From: an uncultured Actinomycetes bacterium | GTDB taxonomy: Bacteria; Actinomycetota; Thermoleophilia; UBA2241 | Length of the DNA stretch: 64,000 nt | Assembly: GCA_963767005.1 (NCBI GenBank) | Contig: CAVYCN010000012.1 | Location: 64,001 to 128,000 of the forward strand | Direction: 5' to 3' | Shown here: positions 1 to 9,819 of the stretch, one piece after another | Numbering within the stretch: the first letter of the stretch is position 1 | How the letters are laid out: every line of letters starts with the position of its first letter | The notes under the pieces: model-generated | The model's input: the letters and a program-made list of their open reading frames with translations, nothing else | The model's database searches: none | What the model was told of the DNA's origin: nothing | Made by a program: the position numbers and the translations under genes

Positions 1-2034
1 GACGAGATCGATCAGCTTGATGCCGATGAATGGCAGCACCATGCCGCCAAGACCGTAGATCAGGAGGTTGCGCCGCAGCAGGGCGGTGGCTCCGATCGCC
101 CGGTAGCGCACACCCTTGAGGGCGAGCGGCACGAGCGCCGGGATGATCAGGGCATTGAAGATCACGGCCGAGATGATCGCGCTGCGCGGGTCGCCCAGAT
201 GCATGACGTTGAGGGCGCTGAGGGGGCCGTGCTGGCCGGGGTGCTTCGCGTAGGTGAAGGCGAACATCGCCGGCAGGATGGCGAAGTACTTGGCCACGTC
301 GTTGGCGATCGAGAAGGTGGTGAGCGCGCCTCGCGTGATGAGCAACTGCTTGCCCACCTCCACGATCTCGATGAGTTTCGTGGGGTCGTTGTCGAGGTCG
401 ACCATGTTGCCGGCCTCCTTGGCGGCGCTCGTGCCGGCGTTCATGGCCACGCCCACATCGGCTTGTGCGAGCGCCGGAGCGTCGTTCGTGCCGTCGCCGG
501 TCATCGCCACCATGCGACCCTCGTCCTGCTCCGACCGGATCAGGGCGAGCTTGGTCTCGGGCGTGGCCTCGGCCAGATAGTCGTCGACGCCGGCCTCGTG
601 GGCGATCACCGCGGCGGTCAGATGATGGTCGCCGGTGACCATGACGGTGCGGATGCCCATCTTGCGCAAGTCGTCGAAGCGCTCGCGCATGCCGGTCTTG
701 ACGACGTCCTTCAGATGCACGACCCCCAGTGCCGTCCTGTTTCTGGCGACCACGAGCGGTGTGCCGCCCCGCTCGGCGACACGCTGTACGGCCTCATCGA
801 TCGCGCTGCCTGGGGCCTCGCCGCCGTTCTCGGCGATGAACGCCTTGACGGCATCGGCGGCGCCCTTGCGGATCTTCGTGCCGTTGAAATCGACGCCGCT
901 CATGCGAGTCACGGCGGTGAAGGGCACGAAGCGGGCATCGGTAGCCACCTCGCGTTGCACCTCGTACTGATCGAGTGCGAGGGCGACGATCGAGCGCCCC
1001 TCGGGCGTCTCGTCGGCCAGCGAGGCGAGCTCGGCCGCCTCTGCCAGCTCGCGCGCGTCGACCCCGGGCGCCGGGATGAACTCGGTCGCCTGGCGGTTGC
1101 CCAGGGTGATCGTGCCGGTCTTGTCGAGGAGCAGCACGTCGACGTCGCCCGAGGCCTCGACCGCGCGGCCCGACATGGCGAGCACGTTGCGCTGCACGAG
1201 GCGGTCCATGCCGGCGATGCCGATCGCCGAGAGCAGCGCCCCGATCGTGGTGGGGATGAGCGCAACGAGCAGGGCGATCAGCACGGTCTGCGACACGTTG
1301 GTGTGGGCGTAGAGCGCGTAGGGACGCAGCGTGGCGACCGCCACGAGGAAGGTGATCGTGAGGCCGGCGAGCAGGATGTTCAGGGCGATCTCGTTGGGCG
1401 TCTTGCGCCGCTCGGCACCCTCGACGAGGACGATCATGCGGTCGAGGAACGACTTGCCGGGCTCCTGGGTGACCTCGACCACGAGGCGGTCGGAGAGCAG
1501 CCGCGTGCCGCCGGTGACCGCCGAGCGGTCGCTCCCTGCCTCGCGGATCACGGGCGCGGACTCGCCGGTGATCGCCGACTCGTCTATCGAGCCGACGCCA
1601 TCGACGATCTCGCCGTCGGCCGGCACGAGCTCGCCGGCCACGAGCTCGACCACGTCGCCCTTGGCGAGCTGCGGTGCGGGCACGTCTTCGAGCGCCCCTG
1701 TCGCGGTCCGTCGGTGGGCGACGGTGGTCGTCCGGGTGGCGCGCAGCGCGCTCGCCTGCGCCTTGCCGCGACCCTCGGCGATCGCCTCTGCGAAGTTCGC
1801 GAAGAGCACGGTGAGCCACAACCATACCGAGATGGTGGCGACGAACCAGAGCTGCCCGGTGCGGCCCTGCGCCAGGTCGATGAAGAAGATCCCGCTCGTG
1901 ATCAGGCTGCCGACCTCGACCACGAACATCACCGGGTTGCGCACCTGGTGGCGCGGGTCGAGCTTGGGAAACGAGTCGCGCACGGCCGCCAGGACGAGCT
2001 GTCGCGAGAAGATGCTGGAACGGCGCGCTGCCAT
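1..2034 (-). CDS. kdpB: K+-transporting P-type ATPase subunit B (3' end runs off window)
   Basis: Read manually: [43 protein letters not shown]...; DKTGTIT phosphorylation motif (~1105-1122) and [14 protein letters not shown]; ATG overlaps the kdpC stop (TGATG). Confidence 0.96.
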   Translation of the reverse strand, partial: MAARRSSIFSRQLVLAAVRDSFPKLDPRHQVRNPVMFVVEVGSLITSGIFFIDLAQGRTGQLWFVATISVWLWLTVLFANFAEAIAEGRGKAQASALRATRTTTVAHRRTATGALEDVPAPQLAKGDVVELVAGELVPADGEIVDGVGSIDESAITGESAPVIREAGSDRSAVTGGTRLLSDRLVVEVTQEPGKSFLDRMIVLVEGAERRKTPNEIALNILLAGLTITFLVAVATLRPYALYAHTNVSQTVLIALLVALIPTTIGALLSAIGIAGMDRLVQRNVLAMSGRAVEASGDVDVLLLDKTGTITLGNRQATEFIPAPGVDARELAEAAELASLADETPEGRSIVALALDQYEVQREVATDARFVPFTAVTRMSGVDFNGTKIRKGAADAVKAFIAENGGEAPGSAIDEAVQRVAERGGTPLVVARNRTALGVVHLKDVVKTGMRERFDDLRKMGIRTVMVTGDHHLTAAVIAHEAGVDDYLAEATPETKLALIRSEQDEGRMVAMTGDGTNDAPALAQADVGVAMNAGTSAAKEAGNMVDLDNDPTKLIEIVEVGKQLLITRGALTTFSIANDVAKYFAILPAMFAFTYAKHPGQHGPLSALNVMHLGDPRSAIISAVIFNALIIPALVPLALKGVRYRAIGATALLRRNLLIYGLGGMVLPFIGIKLIDLV

Positions 2035-2621
2035 CAGTTGCCTCCGATCCGGTCGAGCGCGAGGTTGAGCGTCAGGACGTTGACGCCCGGCTCGCCGAAC
2101 AGGCCGAGACTGCGCCCGGTCGTGTTCTGCTTGATGAGCCGCTCGACTGTGGCGAGCGGCAGGTGACGCACCGCGGCGACGCGGTGCGCCTGGAGTCGCG
2201 CGTAGGCCGGCGAGATGTCGGGGTCGATGCCGGAGCCGGACGTGGTCACGGCGTCGACCGGGATGTCGCCGATGGTGAGGCCGGGGTCGTAGGGCCGCTC
2301 GAGCACGAGCACGGCCTGCGCCTGCTTGCGAACCGCCTGCGCCAGCGCCGGATTGGTCGGCCCGAGATTGGCGAACGTCGTGCCAGCAGCATCGTAGGCG
2401 GGCGTCGTGCCCGAGGGCCGCTCGTGGAAGTAGCGCGGTGCGGTGAAGCTCTGCGCGGCGAGCGCCGAGCCGACGACCACGCCATTGCGGTAGAGCAGGC
2501 TGCCCGCAGCCTTGGCCGGGAAAGCCAGCGAGGCGAAGCCGGTCATGAGCGCGGGGTAGGCGAGGCCGAAGACCGCGGTGATCACGACGATGCCGATGAG
2601 TGAACGAATGAGCGTACGCAT
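2034..2621 (-). CDS. kdpC: K+-transporting ATPase subunit C
   Basis: N-terminal [37 protein letters not shown]; lies between kdpA and kdpB. Confidence 0.96.
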   Translation of the reverse strand: MRTLIRSLIGIVVITAVFGLAYPALMTGFASLAFPAKAAGSLLYRNGVVVGSALAAQSFTAPRYFHERPSGTTPAYDAAGTTFANLGPTNPALAQAVRKQAQAVLVLERPYDPGLTIGDIPVDAVTTSGSGIDPDISPAYARLQAHRVAAVRHLPLATVERLIKQNTTGRSLGLFGEPGVNVLTLNLALDRIGGN

Positions 2622-2622
2622 G

Positions 2623-4311
2623 TCAGTGAACCAGGGATTCGACGATGGGCCCGAGGCTGAGCGCGGGCAGGATCATGAGGCCGGCGGTGAGCGCGACCAC
2701 GCCGACGAGCAGCACGGCGAAGGTCGGCCCGTCGGTGCGGAAGGTGCCGGCGGACACAGGCGCGACCTTCTTACGCGCGAGCGAGCCCGCGAGCGCGAGG
2801 CCGGCCAGCATCGGCACGAAACGACCAAGGTACATGGCCACCGTGCCGAACGATTCCGAGAACGTGGTGGCACCATAGCCGGCGAAGGCGCTGCCGTTGT
2901 TGTTGGCCTGCGACGTGTAGGCGTAGAGCGTCTCGGTGAAGCCGTGCGCTCCAAGGTTGAAGACCGAGGCGAGGCCGGCCGGCGCGGCGATCGCGACGGC
3001 GGTCATGACGAGCACCATGGTGGGCACGAAGAGCGCGCCGAGCGCGGCGAACTTGACCTCGCGGGCCTCGATCTTCTTGCCGAGCCACTCCGGCGTACGA
3101 CCCACCATGAGCCCGGCGACGAAGACGGCGATCAGGATGTAGAAGAACATACCGATCAGGCCGGTGCCGACGCCGCCAAAGATCACCTCGCCGACGAACA
3201 GATTGACGAGGGGCACGGCCCCGCCGGCCGCCGTCTGGGCGTCGAAGCCGCCGTTGACCGAGCCGTTCGAGGCGTCGCTCGTGGCGACCGTCCAGGTGGT
3301 GGTGCCCGCGATGCCGAAGCGGACCTCCTTGTCGGCCATGTTGCCGCCGCTCTGGCCACCGGACGCCACGAGATTCACGCCGGAGTCGCGCAGCACCGGC
3401 GAGGCGTGCTGCTCGGCGGCGAGGTTCACGCCGATGCCTATCACGAACATGGCACTCATCGCCGCGAACACCATCCAGGCGTGGCGGCGCGCCTTGACCA
3501 TGCGGCCGAACATGAAGACCTGGGCGACCGGGATCAACAGGATGGCGATCATCTCGACGAAGTTCGAGAGGCCGGTCGGGTTCTCGAACGGCACCGCCGA
3601 GTTCGAGTTGTAGAAGCCGCCGCCGTTGGTGCCGAGCTGTTTGATTGCGATCTGCGAGGCGACGGGGCCGCGGGCGATCGCCTGATGGGCCCCTTGCAGA
3701 GTGGTCGCCGTGGCGTGGCCGGCGAGCGTCTGCGGCACGCCTTGCGACACGAGAACGACCGCGACGACGACCGACAGCGGCAGGAGGACATAGACGAGCG
3801 ACCGGTAGAGGTCGCGCCAGAAGTTGCCGAGCCTGCTGCCCGAGCGCAGCGCGAGGCCGCGCACGACGGCGGCCAGGACGGCCATGCCGACCGCCGCCGA
3901 GACGAAGTTCTGTACGGCGAGGCCGGCCATCTGGCTCAGGTACGACATCGTCGCCTCGCCGGCGTAGAACTGCCAGTTCGTGTTGGTAATGAAGCTGGCG
4001 GCGGTGTTGAGGGAGAGCGGCGACGGGACGGCCTTCATGTGGTCGGGGTTGACCGGCAGGTGACCCTGCAGCCGCAGGATCGCGTAGAGCACGGCCGAGA
4101 AGGCGACGCTGAACACCAGGACGGTCACGGCATAGCGCTTCCAGCTCTGGTCGTCGCCGCTGCCCCGGCCGAGCAGCCGGAAGAAGCCGCGCTCGACGAC
4201 GTCGTCGCGCCTGCGCGAGTAGACCCAGGCCATGTATCGCCCCAGCGGGTAGGCGAGAGCGATCAGCACCGCCGCGTAGAGCACGATCTGGCCGATGCCT
4301 TCGGCGGTCAT
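2623..4311 (-). CDS. kdpA: K+-transporting ATPase subunit A
   Basis: TNTNWQ, LGTNGGGF, SNGS and NNNGSAFAG filter motifs; start moved to MTAEGIGQ (ATG overlapping the kdpF stop). Confidence 0.96.
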   Translation of the reverse strand: MTAEGIGQIVLYAAVLIALAYPLGRYMAWVYSRRRDDVVERGFFRLLGRGSGDDQSWKRYAVTVLVFSVAFSAVLYAILRLQGHLPVNPDHMKAVPSPLSLNTAASFITNTNWQFYAGEATMSYLSQMAGLAVQNFVSAAVGMAVLAAVVRGLALRSGSRLGNFWRDLYRSLVYVLLPLSVVVAVVLVSQGVPQTLAGHATATTLQGAHQAIARGPVASQIAIKQLGTNGGGFYNSNSAVPFENPTGLSNFVEMIAILLIPVAQVFMFGRMVKARRHAWMVFAAMSAMFVIGIGVNLAAEQHASPVLRDSGVNLVASGGQSGGNMADKEVRFGIAGTTTWTVATSDASNGSVNGGFDAQTAAGGAVPLVNLFVGEVIFGGVGTGLIGMFFYILIAVFVAGLMVGRTPEWLGKKIEAREVKFAALGALFVPTMVLVMTAVAIAAPAGLASVFNLGAHGFTETLYAYTSQANNNGSAFAGYGATTFSESFGTVAMYLGRFVPMLAGLALAGSLARKKVAPVSAGTFRTDGPTFAVLLVGVVALTAGLMILPALSLGPIVESLVH

Positions 4312-4400
4312 CAGAGCCGCTCCCCACGAAAGAGGGCGAAGACGAGGTAGGCGGCCAGCGCGGCCGAAACCGCGAGGCCGAAGATATCTGCGGGCGCCAT
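4311..4400 (-). CDS. kdpF: KdpF peptide (29 aa, MAPADIFGLAVSAALAAYLVFALFRGERL)
   Basis: YLxxALxRxERx C-terminal KdpF signature; TGATG coupling to kdpA. Confidence 0.9.
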   Translation of the reverse strand: MAPADIFGLAVSAALAAYLVFALFRGERL

Positions 4401-4483
4401 CACACACGCTCCAGGACGTAGAGGATCAGGGCGAGAAACGCAAAGCAGGCGAGCACGATGGCGATCGCCGCGATGTCGAACAT
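4400..4483 (-). CDS. 27-aa hydrophobic peptide upstream of kdpF (MFDIAAIAIVLACFAFLALILYVLERV)
   Basis: GGAGGG RBS, single TM segment, stop overlaps the kdpF ATG (TGATG). Confidence 0.75.
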   Translation of the reverse strand: MFDIAAIAIVLACFAFLALILYVLERV

Positions 4484-4818
4484 GGTCGTCCCTCCGGTCT
4501 CACCAAGCAGGTGGCGTCGGGAGCGCGGCGGAGCAGCCGCGCTCCCGGCCTGTCGGCCGCCGGACGCGACGAGTGGCTCCGGGAAGGCTCACCGCGCGCG
4601 ACGGGTACGATCGCGGGAGGCCGCGCTCACCGATGAGGAGCGCCGGCACCGCGGCGAGGAAGCGGGCTGCGGGCCGGATGCGACATCTGCCGACCGGCCT
4701 CGCACGAGACCTCTCATGCTGGCACCTCCACCGCCGAGGAGCCGCAGCGCCCCTGTCGGGGCGACCGGCGAGCGTCCGTCCGGCGACGAAGACTTCTGGA
4801 TTCGTGTTCCCCGGCACT

Positions 4819-4868
4819 CGTAACGAGTTCGTGAAGGAGGGCCGCCGTGCCGTAAAAGTGTCGTGAAC
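4819..4868 (-). promoter_or_regulatory. Putative KdpE-type (OmpR-family) tandem-repeat binding site of the kdp promoter
   Basis: gTTCACG-N4-tTTTACG-N14-cTTCACG-N4-cGTTACG upstream of the kdp operon; near copy at 21289-21337. Confidence 0.65.
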
Positions 4869-4958
4869 GGCGGGCGGGCCGCGATGGGAGGGCGCCGGCT
4901 GCGGCGAGAGGCGGGGCGGCGGACGGCGCGGCGAAGCGGAGCCGGCCGGATGGGGCTC

Positions 4959-6536
4959 CTAGGACTCGCTGCGCGGAGCGGTCTCGGCGGCCTCGTCGGG
5001 CAGGCCGATCACGAAGCGGGCGCCATGCGGCACGACGTCCTCGACGTGGATGCCGCCGCCGTGGGCGCGCACGATCTCGCGGGTGATCGCCAGGCCGAGA
5101 CCCGTGCCAGAGCGCACCTTCATGCCGGTCCTGCCGCCGCGGTAGAACTTCTCGAACACGGCCTCGTGCTCGTCGGCGGCTATGCCGGGGCCCTCGTCTT
5201 CGACCCAGAGCCGCACGCCGCGGCCGGCGGCCTCGGCGCCGACGCGCAGGAGGCCGTTGCCGGCGTACAGCATGGCGTTCTCGAGCAGGTTCTGAAACAC
5301 CCGCACGAACTGTTCAAAGTCGACGCGCAGCGGTGGGAAGTCGTCGGGCACGGCGACGATCACCCGGTCCCGCTCATGGACCGGCAGGGCGGCGAGGCCG
5401 GCGGCGAGGATATCGGAGATTTCGTAGAGCTCGAGGTGCGGCTCCCAGGCGCGCGCCTCGAGACGCGAGAGATCGAGCAGCGCCGTGATGCTGTTGTTGA
5501 GACGGGCCACGTCGGAGACGATGGCGCGCAGCTCGTCGCGCACGCTCCGCTCGTTCCAGGGCACGTCGCCTTCGAGCAGGTTGCTGACCGTCGCCGTGAG
5601 GGCGGCGAGCGGCGTCTTCAGCTCGTGTGACACCGATGAGAGCAGGCTCGACTTGAGGCGATCGGCCTCGCGCAGCGCCTCGGCCGCCGTCGCCACCGTC
5701 TGCAGGCGCTGGCGCTCGAGGAAGGTCGCGATCAGGTTGGCGAGCGCGGCGAGCAGGCGGCCGTCGGCGTCATCGTAGGGTCGGCCGTTCCGCCGGCCGG
5801 CGACGCTCAGGACCCCGACGACTCCGAGCGCGCCGCGCAGGGGAAGAAAGATCCCGCCGCTGCCCTCGGGCACCTTGAAGCCCTCGACCGGCGGCCCGGC
5901 GCCGGCGGTCTCGGCGAGCGTCTGTCGCGGCAGGCCGACCGGCTCGCCGTGCATGTACACCCAGTGCGCCACCCTCGTCGCTCCGCTGTCGGGCTCGTCC
6001 GACGCCGGCGTCACGCAGAACCTGGTGAGCTCGTCGTCGCTGCCGACGAAGAGCGTCGCCGACGCGGCGCCGAGCAGCGTCACTATCTCGCCGAGGATCG
6101 TCTCGGCCATCTCGCCCGTCGAAGCCTGTGAGACAAGACCCGCGGAGAGCCGGTTGAGCGCGGCCGTCTCGTGCTCGCGAGCCAGGGCGCGCGCCTCGCG
6201 GTCTCTCATGCGTCCGGTCTGCACGCCCATGACGACGCCCACCGCCAGGAAGGCAACGAGGGACAGCCAGTCCTTGGGGTCCTGGACCGTGAGCGTGTGG
6301 TACGGCGGCAGGAAGAAGAAGTCCCAGGCGAAGAAGCCCAGCACGGCGGCCAGCACGGCGGGTCCGGCGCCGCTCGCCCCCGCGACGAGCACGACGATGA
6401 GCAGGTAGAGCAGCGCCCACTGCCCCTTGGCGAAGGTGTCGCGGCCCGGCAGGAACAGGGCAGTCGACAGCCCGATCGCCAGGAGGGCGAGCCAGTAGCC
6501 GTGGGCGGCGAGTGTCGTGAGCGTGCGTCGCAGCAT
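4959..6536 (-). CDS. kdpD: KdpD-like sensor histidine kinase lacking the N-terminal KdpD/Usp domains
   Basis: 4 TM (DFFFLPPYHTLTV), GAF, SVSHELKTPL H-box, GTGLGLAI G-box. Confidence 0.88.
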   Translation of the reverse strand: MLRRTLTTLAAHGYWLALLAIGLSTALFLPGRDTFAKGQWALLYLLIVVLVAGASGAGPAVLAAVLGFFAWDFFFLPPYHTLTVQDPKDWLSLVAFLAVGVVMGVQTGRMRDREARALAREHETAALNRLSAGLVSQASTGEMAETILGEIVTLLGAASATLFVGSDDELTRFCVTPASDEPDSGATRVAHWVYMHGEPVGLPRQTLAETAGAGPPVEGFKVPEGSGGIFLPLRGALGVVGVLSVAGRRNGRPYDDADGRLLAALANLIATFLERQRLQTVATAAEALREADRLKSSLLSSVSHELKTPLAALTATVSNLLEGDVPWNERSVRDELRAIVSDVARLNNSITALLDLSRLEARAWEPHLELYEISDILAAGLAALPVHERDRVIVAVPDDFPPLRVDFEQFVRVFQNLLENAMLYAGNGLLRVGAEAAGRGVRLWVEDEGPGIAADEHEAVFEKFYRGGRTGMKVRSGTGLGLAITREIVRAHGGGIHVEDVVPHGARFVIGLPDEAAETAPRSES

Positions 6537-6681
6537 GTCGAGTCGCGGCCGGGCGGACGAGCCCGACGCGCCCCGATTCTACGCCCGCGCTGCCACGACG
6601 CGAGTCGTGACGGTAGACCGGCGCGACGGCCAGCGCCGCCGGACGCGGCGCACGGCCGCGCGCCGCGCCCGGCGACCGCCT

Positions 6682-8862
6682 CTAGCGGGCGCCGCTCGGC
6701 ACGCCGCCGACCTCGGGCGGCTGATGCGACGCGCGTCCCAGCCGGCCGGCGCGCTCGCGGGCGCGCTCCTCGGGAGTCACGGGGCACTCGTCGGCGCACT
6801 CCCAGCGGTGCCCCGGCCAGCCGATCCGGGCGCCGACCACGCTCACGAGCCCGGGGACCAGGGCCGTGCGCACGATGAAGGTGTCGAGCAGCACGCCGAT
6901 CGCCACGCCGAGGCCGACCTCGACCAGGTACTTCACCGGCTCGGCGGCGAGGATCAGGAACGTGCCGGCCAGCACGAGACCGGCGCTGGTCAGCACCCCG
7001 CCGGTCACCGCGACGGCGCGTTCGGTGCCGTCGCGCAGGCCGCGACGGAACGACTCGGCCCGGATGCGCGTCGTGATGAAGATGTTGTAGTCGCTGCCCA
7101 GCGCCACGAGAAAGATGAACATGTAGAGCGGCACCTGGAAGCCGAACGAGCTCCAGCCGAACACCACGCGCGTGATGAAGATCACCGCCCCGGTGGCCGC
7201 GGCGAACGACAGCACGTTCGTGGCCAGCAGCAGCACGGGCGCGACCAGCGAGCGCAGCAGGAGGCCTAGCACGATCGCCGTGACGAGCAGCGCGGTCACC
7301 CCCACCACGATCGAGTCGCGGTTGGAGAGGTGATAGAGGTCGTAGCTCAAGGCGCTCGCGCCGGCGACCTGCGCGTACGCGCCGGTCGTGGCCGCCGCCG
7401 CCGCGACCCGGCCGCGCAGCGCGGCGACGTCGGTGATCGCCGTCTTACCGTAGGGGTCGCTCGCCAGGATCACCTGGTATTGCTCGACGCGGCCGCCACG
7501 GGCAGCGCCTGCCGGAAAGGCGGTGAGCACGTCTGGTGCGCTCTTGATGGCGGCGAGCAGCGCGCCCGACTGCGCGGCGCTCGGCGGCGTGCGATAGGTG
7601 GCGACCACCTGCGTGGGCGCGAGGGCGCCGGCCGGGAAGTGCTGCTGCACCAGCTTGTAACCCTGCGTCGCCGGCGTGGTCTGCAGGAAGTTGTCGATGA
7701 AGTTCAGGGTCGGCGTGTAGGCGACCAGGCCGATGCCGAGCACGGCGAGGACCGCGGCGGTCGCCGCCGCCGCGCGGCGCGGCCGGGCGACAACGGTCGC
7801 CGCCACGCGCTGCCATACGCCGTGCTTCGAGGCCTGTCCCACCCGTGGGATGCGCGGCCAGAAGGCGGCCTTGCCGAGCAGGGCCAGCAACGCCGGGATC
7901 AGCGTGAGCGCCGCGACGAAGGTCACGGCCACCCCGGTCGCGATCACAGGGGCGAAGGACGAGAACGTCGGCAGCCTGGCAAGCGAGAACGAGAGGATGG
8001 CGAGCACCACCGTGATGCCGCTCGCGGCGATCGCCTCCCACGTGCCGATCAGGCCGAGGCCGAGCGCCCTGCGCGCGTCGCGCTCGGTGTGCAGATACTC
8101 GCGGTAGCGCGAGATGAGCAGCAGCGCGTAGTCGGTCCCCGCCCCGAAGAGCAGCACGATCATCAGTGAGATCGCGAGCTTGTTCACGGTGAAGTGGAGG
8201 GCGCTCGCGGCGACGCCCAGCAGGCCGGTCGCGGTCGTGTAGGCGATGCCGACCGTGACCAGGGCGATGATCGGCAGGACCGGCGAGCGATACACGAGCA
8301 GCAGCAGCACGAGCACGATCGCCACGCTGCCACCCAGTAGCTTCGTGTCGAGGTTCGAGAAGATCTTGTAGCTGTCGGTCCCCAGACCGCCCACCCCGGT
8401 GACGTACACCTTCAGGCCGCCGCTGCGCGCGCCCACGTGCGTCTGGATCGCCGACACATTGGCGCGGTAGCTCGCCTGGCTGGGATCGCCTCGCAGCGTC
8501 GCTGCGATCAGCGCGCCCTTCCCGTCGGGCGCGAGCTGCACGACCGGCGCGCCGACGAGACCGACGTTGCCGGTGCGCAGGTATCGCGCTCCGGCCGCGA
8601 CCGCCGCCCTGGCTTGGGCGTCGAGCGGCCGCGACGAGCCGTAGGCGACGATGATCTGCGTGCCCTTGGCACGCGGGAAGGCGGCGTCGAGAGCGTTCTG
8701 GGCGCGCTGTGCCGCGGCGCTCGACGGGAGCTGCTGGGCGTCGTTGCTCGTGTGAGCCGACAGCTTGGGTCCGACGAACGGCAGAGTCGCGAGCGCGATC
8801 CACGCGGCGATCACGAGGAGCGGATGCCAGCTTCGTGTCGACCAGGTGACGATGCGGTCCAT
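6682..8862 (-). CDS. MMPL/RND family transporter
   Basis: GAGTDYALLLISRYRE and ALGSDYNIFITTRIRAE motifs in two repeats. Confidence 0.9.
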   Translation of the reverse strand: MDRIVTWSTRSWHPLLVIAAWIALATLPFVGPKLSAHTSNDAQQLPSSAAAQRAQNALDAAFPRAKGTQIIVAYGSSRPLDAQARAAVAAGARYLRTGNVGLVGAPVVQLAPDGKGALIAATLRGDPSQASYRANVSAIQTHVGARSGGLKVYVTGVGGLGTDSYKIFSNLDTKLLGGSVAIVLVLLLLVYRSPVLPIIALVTVGIAYTTATGLLGVAASALHFTVNKLAISLMIVLLFGAGTDYALLLISRYREYLHTERDARRALGLGLIGTWEAIAASGITVVLAILSFSLARLPTFSSFAPVIATGVAVTFVAALTLIPALLALLGKAAFWPRIPRVGQASKHGVWQRVAATVVARPRRAAAATAAVLAVLGIGLVAYTPTLNFIDNFLQTTPATQGYKLVQQHFPAGALAPTQVVATYRTPPSAAQSGALLAAIKSAPDVLTAFPAGAARGGRVEQYQVILASDPYGKTAITDVAALRGRVAAAAATTGAYAQVAGASALSYDLYHLSNRDSIVVGVTALLVTAIVLGLLLRSLVAPVLLLATNVLSFAAATGAVIFITRVVFGWSSFGFQVPLYMFIFLVALGSDYNIFITTRIRAESFRRGLRDGTERAVAVTGGVLTSAGLVLAGTFLILAAEPVKYLVEVGLGVAIGVLLDTFIVRTALVPGLVSVVGARIGWPGHRWECADECPVTPEERARERAGRLGRASHQPPEVGGVPSGAR

Positions 8863-9027
8863 GGTGGGTTCCCTCCGAGATGCCCGCACGACCATAAGCG
8901 GATAGTTTTTGTCCGTTTACCGCGCGGGGCGGGGTTCGTAACCCCGGGAGAGAGGCTGGCGCCGGCCGCGAGCGCGCTCGCGGGAGTCGCCGGGAGGATC
9001 GCCGTCTGCCCCGCAATGAGCCGACGC

Positions 9028-9819
9028 TCAGCCCCGCGTCAGCGTGTCGACGGCGCCGTCGGTGTGGCCCACGAGGACCTCGTCGGCCACACCCAGGAAC
9101 AGGCCGTGATCGACCACGCCGGGCAGCCCCTTGAGGGCGGCGGCGAGGGCCTGAAGGCCCTCGCCGCCGCCCGCGGCCGCGTCGGGCAGATCGCAGTCCA
9201 GGATGAGGTGGCCCTCGTCGGTGACGAAGGCGCGGCCGTCGGCGGCGCGCCGCAGGCGCGCCGCAGACACGAGCTCGAGCAGCCGGCCGCGCGTCTCGCG
9301 CCAGGCGAAGCGCACGACCTCGACCGGCAGCGCGTGACGCTCACCGAGGCGCACGACGAGCTTCTCGTCCTCGACGACGATCACGACGCGCGCGGCGGCC
9401 GCGGCGATCAGCCGCTCGCGCAGCAGCGCGCCGCCGCCGCCCTTGATGAGGTCGAGCCCGGGGTCGACCTCGTCGGCGCCGTCGATCACGAGATCGAGCA
9501 GCGGCCGGCGACCCGCGTCCGGTGCGGCGCCCGCGAGGGGCGCGCCACGTCGCAGCTCGAGGTCGTCGAGCGACACCACGGGAAAGCCGGCGGCGTGCGC
9601 CAGGCGGTCGGTCTCGGTCGAGGCGACGGCGGTGAGGAGCGGCGGACCGGCGGGCCAGCGCGCCGCGGCGGCGGCGATGACGGCGGCCACCGCCCGGCCC
9701 GAGCCGAGGCCGATCGTGGTACCGGCGGTCAAGCGTGCGGCGGCGACACGGGCGGCCGCCGCGCGCGCGGCGGCCGCCGCGTCGCGACCGGCCTGACCGG
9801 CGCTCTCACTCACGCTCAT
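9028..9819 (-). CDS. rpiA: Ribose-5-phosphate isomerase A
   Basis: IGLGSG, DGADEVD, LIKGGGGALLRE, GVVDHGLF. Confidence 0.92.
   Translation of the reverse strand: MSVSESAGQAGRDAAAAARAAAARVAAARLTAGTTIGLGSGRAVAAVIAAAAARWPAGPPLLTAVASTETDRLAHAAGFPVVSLDDLELRRGAPLAGAAPDAGRRPLLDLVIDGADEVDPGLDLIKGGGGALLRERLIAAAAARVVIVVEDEKLVVRLGERHALPVEVVRFAWRETRGRLLELVSAARLRRAADGRAFVTDEGHLILDCDLPDAAAGGGEGLQALAAALKGLPGVVDHGLFLGVADEVLVGHTDGAVDTLTRG

Noticed and set aside
199-2166. Long plus-strand ORFs (655 aa here; likewise 2578-4350, 21464-23365, 25924-28914 and others)
   Set aside because: Antisense or alternate-frame shadows of real genes in high-GC DNA; no recognisable motifs
4490-4810. c-di-AMP (ydaO) riboswitch upstream of kdp
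   Set aside because: Conserved core segments not recognisable
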